A stretch of DNA of 64,000 nucleotides from Macrostomum hystrix (GCA_950097015.1 CATNEN010000003.1:10292001-10356000); one strand, 5' to 3'; positions 27,847 to 40,339 are shown, counted from the stretch's first letter. Program-made: numbers and translations. Notes: generated from the sequence alone by a model not told the origin.

Positions 27847-28616
27847 CGAGGGGTGTTGCAAAAGTTTCCGGACTAATGCTCGTCATGGTGATAATTTTAG
27901 CCTGAGTCAGCAAAAAATTTAAACAGACGAACAGGCAACTGTATTTTATAATGTTATAAAGTTTCAGAAAGTTTGGAGTTGATGGTCTAAAGTAATAAGC
28001 GATTGTACACTAGATTATTATAGTCATGAAATACGATTTCCGAGTTACAGCTACCAATCACTGTCACTGTCGCTTCTATCGCCGGATGCGTCCACAGGTT
28101 GATTGCTGGCCCGCTCCACGTATTCGCCATTTACGGAGATGCATTTTCGGTAGCGCTCAATCAGCTTGTCGAAGCCAGACTCCCAGAAGCTGGCATCGAA
28201 CTGACGTAGAGACTTGTTGGCTGCTTCGATGACCTCGCGCGTTGTGAAGATCTCGCCCCGCATTAGCATCTTCATTGGGCCAAAGAGGTGGAAATCGGCG
28301 ACGGCGAGATCGGGACTGTAGGCTGGTTGGTTCAGCATTCGTTGGAAGCTGGCTTTCTTAGACCCGAACTCCGATGGATTCTTCTGTCGACTCATTTTCG
28401 CTCACTTAATTTTGGTTTGTGAAAAATCGTGTCAACAGCTTCAAAGGGTTGCAACCTATTTTGGCCCTCATGTATGCTGTGGTTGACTGAGCTGCATAAC
28501 ATTTTAGGAAAAGTCTTTTCTACGGCTGAATACCATAGACATCAATTTTCAGCCAAATCAAACACGAATTGCCACCAGGATTAGCATTAGTCCGGAAGCT
28601 TTTGCAACACCCCTCG
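27847..28616 (-). mobile_element. Internally deleted mariner (Tc1/mariner) element
   Basis: 34-bp TIRs (33/34 match, CGAGGGGTGTTGCAAAAG...), TA on both sides, ORF 28395-28051 with YSPDLA..DFHLF and C-terminal ..C....GEYVE motifs. Confidence 0.93.
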
Positions 28617-28941
28617 TACAATTCCAAAGAAAACTGGCTGTTAAAATTAGTGTTTTGTGTCTGGGAGCAGGCAATTTCTGCACTGGATGTTCGCCGATAT
28701 TATTTTTCTAGTCGGGCAGCACTATCAAGGGGAACTGCAACAAGGACAACCCGGTGTGAAATTTAACGCCACGGCCACGTTGATCCATCGAACAGCTTAT
28801 TTGCCACATTTTGCTTCAGTTTACACAGCTGTAAAATTACTTTAACAGAGAAACAGAGAATATGGGTATTGCAGAGATTAGATAACACTAGATTGATTTT
28901 GTTGAAAGAATTCGTGTTTTAGTACCATAACAAAGCATACA

Positions 28942-29133
28942 TGGGGTTAGAGCGTCGGAACCTGCACGACTTGAAGGTCAATTTTGCATCCTTTAGCAAG
29001 AAACTCAACTTTGCATTGGTTCAGTTCAACCAGCTGTTAAAATGGATCCCAGTACGAGTATTAGCTGGGATAATTGAGGGTGGGCTTGGCGTCCCCCCAG
29101 TCCATGGACTGAACAGCCGTACGCAGCCTTCAA
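28942..29133 (+). mobile_element. SINE family A, degraded partial copy
   Basis: Shares GGTTAGAGCGTCGGA, CCTTTAGCAAG, CAGTTCAACCAGCTGTT and CAGTCCATGGACTG with the other copies. Confidence 0.7.
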
Positions 29134-29207
29134 ACGATACACCTTTAGCCAGGTGTAATTTATCATATTATATTATAGGTTAAAAAAAAAACACAATTTT
29201 TTTCTAG

Positions 29208-30022
29208 TGCGTTCAAGTCGGCAGACCGCTTTGGCAGACCCAGCTGCAGCAGCAGCAGCAGCAGCTGCACTATGCGAGCTGCGGAGTTGGTCCCGGCGTC
29301 GGTTTCGGCGGCCCCGGCGCTCGCATGCGCAGCGTCGGCACGGACGTTGAATACGACCTCTGCCAGCCGGAGTGGCCGGAGTTTGTGGCTCTGCCGTCGC
29401 CGCCTCCGCTGCCGCCGCCGGCTTCGCTTGATCGAACCGGCGCCGCAATGATCGCGGCCTCGTCGACTCTATCGCTGCCGCCGTCGTCGGCTTCAGTGTC
29501 GGCGTCAGGGGCCGCAGCAGCCGGAGCGGGGACTCGGAGTCCGCCGCCGAACGCTCTGTTCTACAGACCGATGCGCTACCAGCCTGGCGATCAGGTTCAG
29601 GGCGCGGGCCTGCAGACTTTGCCCCATCCACAAGCCAGGCAGCGGCCATTGAGAAGTCGGCAGCATCAGCGAGACAATTTTTGTCCAAACGACATGGTCG
29701 AATCTGAGATTTGGATACGTCGAGGCGGCGGTGGCGTAGCTGTCGACTTCGAATACGACTCAAGCGAAGGACCTACGGTGAACCAGCAACAAAGACTCTG
29801 TCTCTGTTCGCCATCATTATCAGATCAACAGCATCGGCAGCATCACAGAGTCATCGGCAACGATCTAGATGGCGGATTCGAAGCTTCAGCATCCGCTGAC
29901 ACTACAGCTGCAGGTGCTGGCATGCTGACAAGCTTCGGCGACTATCGACTCCCGGCGCAACGACCAAAACATGCTCAACAGGTGCAGCTAGTGCCAGCAA
30001 ATCCTTCTCCAACAACTTCACA

Positions 30023-30074
<52 letters not shown>

Positions 30075-30149
30075 CAGCACAGAGTGCAGTATTACTGTCA
30101 CTGTCCTGACCAGGGCGCTACTGGAACCAACGAGTCTAGCATGTTCTAA
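29208..30149 (+). CDS. nrg: Neuregulin-like ligand, last exon (low-complexity/polyQ cytoplasmic tail)
   Basis: tttctAG acceptor, phase 0, in frame with ORF 29325-30149 (CVQVGRPLWQ...ESSMF*); AATAAA at 30216. Confidence 0.8.
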
Positions 30150-31019
30150 ATACTTAGTAAAATATCATCTCACCCGACATGCAATCAAATCAACACATTC
30201 AAAGTTAATTACTAAAATAAAGTCGCGATTCACTCCCGGCTTTTTAACAGTTAGAAAGGCCAAAGAAAAAAAGGAAAGAAAAAGATATAAAAACACAATT
30301 AATTAAACCCAAAATAGTCAACAATGATAGCCGACATGTTTGCAGGATGAAATTCTGAGAGCAGGAAATCTATGCCTCTATTGGTGGTTTTTACCCCGAA
30401 GAGAATCCTGAATCTCGACGATGCCGATGTTTTGAAATTCCGGAAGTTGTTTCGTCAAATAGAGCGGAAATTTTAGCTAGTGTCGTCCATTTTGTTGGCG
30501 ATCGGTTAAATATTTTGGGAGATACAGCAAGAAGAAGACTGTAAAATGAAATCATTCAATGAAACCTTCTTGTCGTTGTTGTATTTCAAGTCGTTCAAGT
30601 ATTTTGTCGCTATTTGGCTCACTAAATAACTAAGAAGACACCACAGAGCCAGCAATCAACCTGATCAACGGAGTGACGAAAATTCAAATTTAACGCAGCT
30701 TTTCAGGATTTTATTAAACACCGCGCTAGATTTAAAAAATTGTGCATTGCGAGAGAGTACTGTACCCATAAGAATTTTGCCATAAACCTGTTTAATTAAT
30801 GTTTTCTGCTTCTACTTGCTATATCGCACTGCAGAACAACATAACGATGAAAAATAAAGCCGCATTGCACTCGCTATACATTTTCTTTTGTTTAAAAGTA
30901 GCAAGTACATTCATCATGAGGAATTTTGAAACAAGAAGGATACCTGGGAGAAAAACAACTTTGAATGTGGGATGTTGGAGGATAATTAAAAGGAATTCAT
31001 GGGATCTGCGAAGTTGCTG

Positions 31020-33500
31020 ATCTCAACCTGAGTACCTGGGAGGATTACAATCTGAACATGAGGATCTGGGAGGGTCACAATCTGAACCGGGGGATCTATG
31101 AGGATTACAATCTGAACCTGGGATCTGGGAGGATTACAATCTGAACATGAGGATCTGGGAGGGTCACAATCTGAACCGGGGGATCTAGGAGGATTACAAT
31201 CTAACCCTGGGATCTGGGAGGATTACAATCTGAACCTGGAGGATCTAGCAGGATTACAATCTGAATCTGAGGATCTGGGAGGATTACAATCTAAACCTGG
31301 GATCTGGGAGGATTACAATCTGAACCTGAGAATCTGGGAGGATTACAATCTGAATCTGAGGATCTGGGAGGATTACAATCTGAACCTGGAGGATCTAGCA
31401 GGATTACAATCTGAATCTGAGGATCTGGGAGGATTACAATCTAAACCTGGGATCTGGGAGGATTACAATCTGAACCTGAGAATCTGGGAGGATTACAATC
31501 TGAACCTGGAGGATCTAGCAGGATTACAATCTGAACCTGGAGGATCTAGCAGGATTACAATCTGAATCTGAGGATCTGGGAGGATTACAATCTGAACCTG
31601 GGATCTGGGAGCATTACAATCTAAACCTGGGATCTGGGAGGATTACAATCTGAACATGAGGATCTGGGAGGGTCACAATCTGAACCGGGGGATCTAGGAG
31701 GATTACAATCTGAACCTGGGATCTGGGAGGATTACAATCTGAACCTGAGGATCTGGGAGGATTACAATCTGAACCTGAGGATCTGGGAGGATTACAATCT
31801 GAACCTGGAGGATCTAGCAGGATTACACTCTGAATCTGAGGATCTGGGAGGATTACAATCTAAACCTGGGATCTGGGAGGATTACAATCTGAACCTGAGA
31901 ATCTGGGAGGATTACAATCTGAATCTGAGGATCTGGGAGGATTACAATCTGAACCTGGAGGATCTAGCAGGATTACAATCTGAATCTGAGGATCTGGGAG
32001 GATTACAATCTAAACCTGGGATCTGGGAGGATTACAATCTGAACCTGAGAATCTGGGAGGATTACAAACTGAACCTGGAGGATCTAGCAGGATTACAATC
32101 TGAACCTGGAGGATCTAGCAGGATTACAATCTGAATCTGAGGATCTGGGAGGATTACAATCTGAACCTGGGATCTGGGAGGATTACAATCTGAACCTGGG
32201 ATCTGGGAGGATTACAATCTGAACCTGGGATATGGGAGGATTACAATCTGAACCTGGAGGATCTAGCAGGATTACAATCTGAATCTGAGGATCTGGGAGG
32301 ATTACAATCTGAACCTGGAGGATCTAGCAGGATTACGATCTGAATCTGAGGATCTGGGAGGATTACAATCTGAACCTGAGGATCTGGGAGGATTACAATC
32401 TGAACCTGGGATCTGGGAGGATTACAATCTGAACCTGGGATATGGGAGGATTACAATCTGAACCTGGAGGATCTAGCAGGATTACAATCTGAATCTGAGG
32501 ATCTGGGAGGATTACAATCTGAACCTGGGATATGGGAGGATTACAATCTGAACCTGGAGGATCTAGCAGGATTACAATCTGAATCTGAGGATCTGGGAGG
32601 ATTACAATCTGAACCTGGGATTTTTGTGAGGATTACAATCTGAACCTGGAGGATCTAGCAGGATTACGATCTGAATCTGAGGATCTGGGAGGATTACAAT
32701 CTGAATCTGAGGATCTGGGAGGATTACAATCTGAACCTGACGATCTGGGAGGATTACAATTTGAATCTAAGGATCTGGAAGGATTAAAATCTGAATCTGA
32801 GGATCTGGGAGGATTACAATCTGAATCTGAGGATCTGGGAGGATTACAATCTGAATCTGAGGATCTGGGAGGATTACAATCTGAACCTGAGGATCTGGGA
32901 GGATTACAATTTGAATCTGAGGATCTGGGAGGATTACAATCTGAATCTGAGGATCTGGGAGGATTACAATCTGAATCTGAGGATCTGGCAGGATTACAAT
33001 CTAAACCGGGGGATTTGGGAGGATTACAATCTGAATCTGAGGATCTGGGAGGATTACAATCTGAACCTGAGGATCTGGGAGGATTACAATCTGAACCTGA
33101 GGATCTAGGAGGATTAAAATCTGAACCTGGGGATCTAGGAGGATTAAAATCTGAACCTGAGGATCTAGGAGGATTACAATCTGAACCTGGGATCTGGGAG
33201 TATTACAATCTGAACCGGGGGATCTGGGAGGATTACAATCTGAATCTGAGGATCTGGGAGGATTTCAATCTGAATCTGAGGATCTGGGAGGATTACAATC
33301 TGAACCTGAGGATCTAGGAGGATTACAATCTGAACCTGGGATCTGGGAGTATTACAATCTGAACCTGAGGATCTGGGAGGATTACAATCTGAACCTGAGG
33401 ATCTGGGAGGATTACAATCTGAACATAAGGATCTGGGAGGGTTATAATCTGAATCTGAGGATCTGGGAGTATGCTACTATCAGCATGAGGATCTGAACGA
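31020..33500. repeat. 29-31-bp minisatellite between the convergent nrg and COMMD7 3' ends
   Basis: CTGAATCTGAGGATCTGGGAGGATTACAAT units. Confidence 0.95.
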
Positions 33501-33806
33501 ATGGCGAGTTCAATTCGATTTGTTCGTATTATGAAAAGAAAACTGATGAAAAAAACAGGAGATTTCGCGTTAATAAGAAAATCTGTTATTTAACTGTCGC
33601 TTTTTTCAAATATCTCCGTATATTTATTTGAGCAACATCAAATTAGGGTGCAAAAAGATTTCAGAATATTAAACAATAAAATACAATCACGTACAACGAA
33701 TTGCAAGAATAATAATGTGGAATCATTAACAGTGTGTCACATAATTGTTTACAAAAGAAAGGTGTTAAATGAAACACGTTGGTTAACGCTCACTGTTACA
33801 TAATCA

Positions 33807-33892
33807 TCATTCAAGAGCTCCTTGCATATCCAATAGGCCTTTGGCTTTCTCCATCTGGTGCAAGAAATCGTAGAACTCGGTCAGGGAGAGCT
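33807..33892 (-). CDS. COMMD7: COMMD7-like, last exon
   Basis: ttttcAG; ELSLTEFYDFLHQMEKAKGLLDMQGALE*, similar to COMMD7 ELTLPQFYSFLHEME; AATAAA on minus strand at 33628-33623. Confidence 0.85.
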
Positions 33893-33939
33893 CTGAAAAG
33901 GGGATTTGAAAGGGAGGCGAGTTGAACTTTGAGGAAAGA

Positions 33940-34445
33940 AAGGGAGGGTAGAAAGAATGGAGTTTGGCTGTAGGGAGGGTAGAAAAAATGGAGTTTGGCT
34001 GTAGGGAGGGTAGAAAGAATGGAGTTTGGCTGTATGGAGGGTAGAAAGAATGGAGTTTGGCTGTAGGGAGGGTAGAAAGAATGGAGTTTGGCTGTAGGGA
34101 GGGTAGAAAGAATGGAGTTTGGCTGTATGGAGGGTAGAAAGAATGGAGTTTGGCTGTAGGGAGGGTAGAAAGAATGGAGTTTGGCTGTAGGGAGGGTAGA
34201 AAGAATGGAGTTTGGCTGTAGGGAGGGTAGAAAGAATGGAGTTTGGCTGTATGGAGGGTAGAAAGAATGGAGTTTGGCTGTAGGGAGGGTAGAAAGAATG
34301 GAGTTTGGCTGTAGGTAGGGTAGAAAGAATGGAGTTTGGCGGTAGGGAGGGTAGAAAGAATGGAGTTTGGCTGTAGGGAGGGTAGAAAGAATGGAGTTTG
34401 GCTGTAGGGAGGGTAGAAAGAATGGAGTTTGGCGGTAGGGAGGGT
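33940..34445. repeat. 31-bp minisatellite in COMMD7 intron 2
   Basis: GGGAGGGTAGAAAGAATGGAGTTTGGCTGTA units. Confidence 0.95.
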
Positions 34446-34535
34446 TGAGAGAACAGTCTTAGTTGAACACATTATTAAAATTACAAAAGCTGCATGTATG
34501 TGAAAATGACATTTGATGAGAAATGAGAAACTCAC

Positions 34536-34649
34536 CAAGAAACACACGCTCCCGCTCAGCGGGACTCGCATTGGCACCCTTCTGCATCAAAATGTTCAGG
34601 ACAACGGAAGTGTGACCAACGTCCCCTGGTTCACTGCTTGCCGCTGTGA
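34536..34649 (-). CDS. COMMD7: COMMD7-like, exon 2
   Basis: ccctAG ... G|GTGAGT, phase 1-1; VTAASSEPGDVGHTSVVLNILMQKG...ERVFL, similar to COMMD7 VTSGSSELEKVG...KKG. Confidence 0.85.
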
Positions 34650-34696
34650 CTAGGGAAATTAAAAAAATGGAGCTTGACAGTGGAAATCCCAGAGAC

Positions 34697-35365
34697 AGTT
34701 CCTCAGTCACTCCCTTACTGAGTTCCTCAGTCACTCCCTTACTGAGTTCCTCAGTCACTCCCTTACTGAGTTCCTCAGTCACTCTCTCAATGAGTTCCTC
34801 AGTCACTCCCTCACTGAGTTCCTCAGTCACTCCCTCACTGGGGTTCTCAGTCACTCCCTCACTGGGGTTCTCAGTCACTCCCTCACTGAGTTCCTCAGTC
34901 ACTCTCTCACTGAATTCCTCAGTCACTCCCTCACTGAGTTCCTCAGTCACTCCCTCACTGAGTTCCTCAGTCACTCCCTCACTGAGTTCCTCAGTCACTC
35001 CCTCACTGAGTTCCTCAGTCACTCCCTCACTGAGTTCCTCAGTCACTCCCTCACTGAGTTCCTCAGTCACTCCCTCACTGAGTTCCTCAGTCACTCTCTC
35101 ACTGAATTCCTCAGTCACTCCCTCACTGAGTTCCTCAGTCACTCCCTCACTGAGTTCCTCAGTCACTCCCTCACTGAGTTCCTCAGTCACTCCCTCACTG
35201 AGTTCCTCAGTCACTCCCTCACTGAGTTCCACAGTCACTCCCTCACTGAGTTCCTCAGTCACTCCCTCACTGAGTTCCTCAGTCACTCCCTCACTGAGTT
35301 CCTCAGTCACTCCCTCACTGAGTTCCTCAGTCACTCCCTCACTGAGTTCCTCAGTCACTCCCTCA
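34697..35365. repeat. 24-bp minisatellite in COMMD7 intron 1
   Basis: AGTTCCTCAGTCACTCCCTCACTG units. Confidence 0.95.
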
Positions 35366-35420
35366 ATGAATAATTTGGTGTTCAGTTTTGTTTAAATCTT
35401 GACAAAGCTGACTCTCTCAC

Positions 35421-35499
35421 CCGAAAGTCTCCAGTCCACATCGATAATTTGAGAATAATCCATTTCCTTTTCGAAGAATTTCGAAGAACTGCAGAATGG
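35421..35499 (-). CDS. COMMD7: COMMD7-like, first visible exon
   Basis: tttttcAG|CCA..., in frame with ATG 35463; MDYSQIIDVDWRLS is the COMM-domain DxxW start; G|GTGAG donor. Confidence 0.82.
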
Positions 35500-35867
35500 C
35501 TGAAAAATGTTCAGATTTTTTATATAAATCAGTGGCACATCAATATGTTGTTTAAATACCTAAAAATTCTAGTCGCGTTAACACAGGAAAATGTTAACCA
35601 CACAAAAAAATCACTTGTACTACTGTAAGTAATAAAAGCAAGAAAACAAGAACTGGTAGTTACATTGCAACCAAAAAATTAAAATTAGTGTATTTCTGCA
35701 TCAACAACACAAAAAGTTGGTCAACGTTTCGTAAATGACATGAACAATTGACAATCAAATGTTGAACATTATCATACAATTCAATAACACGATTTAGATT
35801 GGCACAACTCTATACAGGATAGCAGTTAAAGAAAAAAAAGTACATTTTAAGAACACTTATACCATTG

Positions 35868-36727
35868 AGTAGCAGCTGTCCCACAATGATATTCAGTCCG
35901 TCAGTAGCAGCTGTCCCACAATGATATTCAGTTCGTCAGTAGCAGCTGTCCCACAATGATATTCAGTCCGTCAGTAGCAGCTGTCCCACAATGATATTCA
36001 GTCCATCAGTAGCAGCTGTCCCACAATGATATTCAGTCCGTCAGTAGCAGCTGTCCCACAATGATATTCAGTCCGTCAGTAGCAGCTGTCCCACAATGAT
36101 ATTCAGTCCGTCAGTAGCAGCTGTCCCACAATGATATTCAGTCCGTCAGTAGCAGCTGTCCCACAATGATATTCAGTTCGTCAGTAGCAGCTGTCCCACA
36201 ATGATATTCAGTCCGTCAGTAGCAGCTGTCCCACAATGATATTCAGTCCATCAGTAGCAGCTGTCCCACAATGATATTCAGTCCGTCAGTAGCAGCTGTC
36301 CCACAATGATATTCAGTTCGTCAGTAGCAGCTGTCCCACAATGATATTCAGTCCGTCAGTAGCAGCTGTCCCACAATGATATTCAGTCCATCAGTAGCAG
36401 CTGTCCCACAATGATATTCAGTCCGTCAGTAGCAGCTGTCCCACAATGATATTCAGTCCGTCAGTAGCAGCTGTCCCACAATGATATTCAGTCCATCAGT
36501 AGCAGCTGTCCCACAATGATATTCAGTCCGTCAGTAGCAGCTGTCCCACAATGATATTCAGTCCGTCAGTAGCAGCTGTCCCACAATGATATTCAGTCCA
36601 TCAGTAGCAGCTGTCCCACAATGATATTCAGTCCGTCAGTAGCAGCTGTCCCACAATGATATTCAGTCCGTCAGTAGCAACTGTCCCACAATGATATTCA
36701 GTCCATCAGAGCAGCTGTCCCACAATG
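35868..36727. repeat. 35-bp minisatellite between TMEM18 and COMMD7
   Basis: CAGTAGCAGCTGTCCCACAATGATATTCAGTCCGT units. Confidence 0.95.
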
Positions 36728-36778
36728 CAACTCAATTTAAGTGTCAGACTGAGTATTAAGTGACTCAACTAGTACAAA

Positions 36779-37201
36779 TCACTCCTTCTTCTGATGCTTT
36801 TGATCCCTAGCCTCTGTGGCCAATCGAGCTCGCTCTCTATTAACTGTCAGATTCATAAGCTGATAAATTAATAGGCACAAAATCAAAGTGCAATTAATTA
36901 GCACAGGTACGGACCAAACGAATGTGATAAAAAATCCCGGCGAATCAAAGTACTGCTCGCCGAATCGTAGGGAGCGCCAATTTTCTGCCAGCTTCTGATT
37001 GGCCGAATCGGCTCCCAGCACGCTGACTAGTAGGATTATCAACAGGCCAAATAGTGCCCAGCAACGCCTACGCATAATCAGTATGGCTAGCAGGCACAGG
37101 GGATGAGCGCTCAGGATAAGCCATAGACCAGGTTCTGAGCGCCATGCCACGGTGGACAGAGCGGACCAAGGGTCCAACACCTGGCTAGTGTTAATCCAGT
37201 C
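36779..37201 (-). CDS. TMEM18: Transmembrane protein 18 (no genomic ATG; ORF starts at a splice acceptor)
   Basis: W-x-x-EP-x-L...H, NW...QYFDSPGFFI..VWSVP.L.N motifs and basic C-terminus typical of TMEM18; tttcAG|GAC at 37201, 140 codons to the stop. Confidence 0.9.
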   Translation of the reverse strand, partial: DWINTSQVLDPWSALSTVAWRSEPGLWLILSAHPLCLLAILIMRRRCWALFGLLIILLVSVLGADSANQKLAENWRSLRFGEQYFDSPGFFITFVWSVPVLINCTLILCLLIYQLMNLTVNRERARLATEARDQKHQKKE

Positions 37202-37292
37202 CTGAAATATTGTTGATGCTGCTTTGATAAGAAGTTTTTTTACTTAAATCGCTTTCATTTTTTTAAAAATAATTTAGAGGACTGCAATTTTA

Positions 37293-37552
37293 ATGATCTG
37301 GCACTGAAGGTTCAATGATATGGTACTGAAGGTTCAATGACCTGGTACTGAAGGTTCAATGATCTGGTACTGAAGGACTGAAGGTTCAATAATCTGGCAC
37401 TGAAGGACTGAAGGTTCAATAATCTGGCACTGAAGGTTCAATGACCTGGCACTGAAGGTTCAATGATCTGGCACTGAAGGACTGAAGGTTTAATGATCTG
37501 GCACTGAAGGTTCAATAATCTGGCACTGAAGGACTAAAGGTTCAATTATCGG
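37293..37552. repeat. 22/30-bp minisatellite between XRCC4 and TMEM18
   Basis: GGCACTGAAGG(ACTGAAGG)TTCAATGATCT units. Confidence 0.9.
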
Positions 37553-37852
37553 GCAGTCTATATACACTAGCTAAAAACATTTGATAAAGAAAAAAATAAA
37601 AATAATGAGTTCTATTTATTTTTTGTTGTTATTGTTACGAAGAGAACAATAAAAAAGTAGATAATGTACAGATACATTATAGAAATGACACTATTTTTAA
37701 AGTGCAGCTGCGTGCACAATTTAGCACACAAATTGGTCTAAAAACACGATAATAAAAGTTCTAGACAATAAGGTTTAGAAATTATATGTTCAACTTTGCT
37801 GTCGTTTTTTTCACACAAAGTATTAAAAAGTCATAATCTTAATTGATAAGAA

Positions 37853-38282
37853 TCAATCATCATCCACTTTTGCATTACTCCGAGTGCGACGCACAGGTGG
37901 CTTCTTTGAAGTCGCCGCCGGAGTAGATAACGACGGAGATTTTCGTTTCTTAACACCGCCACTAGCGGCTTTGATCTTGCCGCCATGTGGAGCAGATGCG
38001 GCAGTTTTGGACTCCGCATTGTCAGTTACACTGCCATCATCACTGTCGGTGCCTTTGATGTCACCGCTACCGCCGCCACTAGCTAGTTGACGAATCCGAG
38101 CTTTTTTAGAGTTCAAAATTCGACAAAATCCAGCCAGAAGATTGTCACGCATGACGGCCTTCTCAGCTGCTGCAGCCGTGTACTTGTCCAGTAGCTGTTC
38201 GCAGTGCTGACGCAGTTCAGCTAGCTCAGCTGACTGACTGGTGATGACCGCGTGAGCTTCCGACACTTGAGCTTCCAGTGCC
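37853..38282 (-). CDS. XRCC4: XRCC4-like NHEJ protein, exon 2 (coiled coil and tail)
   Basis: acacAG acceptor, phase 2; DNLLAGFCRILNSKKARIRQL similar to the XRCC4 ligase-IV-binding F..VLNEKK.KIR.L; acidic TDSDD segment and KKRK; AATAAA on minus strand at 37620-37615. Confidence 0.88.
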
Positions 38283-40339
38283 CTGTGTTTTGTTTCAAAT
38301 GTTAAAAACAGTATAAAATTAAAAATTTTGATTTATCACTTATTTTTGGGGAATAGAAAGTTCAACTAAAACTCAAACTGAGTGATCAGTTTTCTAAGAA
38401 ATCACAAAAAAATTAGGGGCAACTTAATTCAAGCAAAGAGAATTCACATTGCACAGTTCTTAACTTACTTATTAAGCTGATCTAAACAATTATTTTATAC
38501 ATATTGTCTTTGTATACCTAGTAGCTATCTTAACAAACTATTTATATCATTTTGCTATTTTAGAAAACTTGTAAGTTATACATGTGCAACCTCCCAAATC
38601 TTAGCCAGCCGTGCAACTTAGTTTTTGCTCTATTTACAACTTAGTTTGCTCTCTTTTGCTCTCCCCTTCTTCCTTTTCTTCACGCCTTCCTTTTTTGCCC
38701 CTTGGTCCCCCCTTTGATTTTTTTGTGCTGGTTTTTGCGACTTACCTTGCTTGGCCCTTGTTTCACCCAGCCGATTTGGCCGGGTCAGCCAGGTGTTGCG
38801 CATGTATGAAGTTATATAGACAATTTAAAATGTCAACCTTAGGAAATTGCCAAGCTAGCCACAATCTCTAAATATTGGTAACACATGTATATATAACAAA
38901 AACAGCCAGAAGCTTTCAAAAGTTGCTATAGATATACTATAGAAGTAGTATAGAAGTATAGTATAAATAGTATAGAAGTTGCTATAGAAGTATAAACTTC
39001 TAATTAAGTTTAGAAGCTTGGCACAGAGAGACAGGATGCTGACTATACTAGATGAACTCTAAAATATTGAATTTATACAGAATTTCATAATACAATAAAT
39101 TAAAACAGATTTACTATAATTTTTACAAAGGCTGATTAACTTTTCTGCACTTTAAATACTAGGAGATTCAGTTCTTTTCATTTCCAGTCCAGTTCAGTCC
39201 GGTAGTCATTTGATTATTCGTCCAGTTAACCAGTTAACCACCCAAGCCCAAGGACTTAATTTCTCCCCTTTCAATGAGCAGGAGCAACGATCCTCCCAAA
39301 GACCACTCTTGCCCTGCTAATAGCCATCTTCAGTATTGACCTCACAAAGACCAAACTATACCCTTGAACTTAGTTAGTCCCTGAAACAACCAAATTTCTG
39401 GAAAAGGTTATAATTTTTTTAATTAGTTGATAAGCAAAAATAATTTGAGACACAAACTTCAAATCTGAATGACTGTCCTTTTGCAGCTTGGTAATTATTT
39501 TATCTTGCAAATGATAGAGGTTCTTGTGGTAGTGCTAGGGTAATGTATCATCAACCAAACAAGAAAGAGTATTTTTTATTTCAAACCTATGCTAAAGATT
39601 TTCTATTTAAGATAGGCCTATGATGATAAACCAAAAGCCAAGTTATAGAAAACAGTTACATCTTTCTAAAAAGTACCTGCTTTTGCTATTTTGTCAAATA
39701 GAAAAAAGTTATTCCTGCTTTTCATCTAAAACCAAACAATGATTTTCAAACCAAATGGAGAATTTGATGTTTGGTTTTACAATTTGAATCAGTGGTTTAA
39801 TCTTATTTTAGGGAGTGAACTATCATGAATTATGTCATTTAAAAGCATTTTTCGGGCTTGATAAATAACTGCATTTATGGTCATTTAATTTGCAAGAAAC
39901 CAACCACATACAATCTTCATCTAAAGTACATAGGCCCCTACTGAAAAAATGTTGTCAAAACGTATGCTTTTGCAATAAAAATTTCTATTGAAACATCAAT
40001 ATCTTTCTTTCCTCTTAATGCTTCATTGCACGCCATGCCTCAGCTTGTAGATAATTTCTTCGACTTTCAAATTAGTTGTTCTATGAAACACAATAGCTTG
40101 TTTCTGTCTTGCACAAGACCAAGGAAGGAGTCAAAATTCTTGTTTGGTTTTGAAGATACACTGTTCAGTTGATGATAAATTACCCTACAACCCTACAACC
40201 TTACAACTTAGTTATAAGTTATAACTCAGTTAACCGGACAAATAACAACTGCCTTTATTTTTTAACAAAAAAGGAGTTAAATACTATGACAATGCAAAGT
40301 AATATTAGATTAAAAAAAAGAAACATTGAAGGAACTCAC

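Noticed and set aside
34646-35395. Mucin-like SSSVTPSL and VTEELSEG ORFs
   Set aside because: 24-bp repeat within COMMD7 intron 1, bounded by GT-AG sites.
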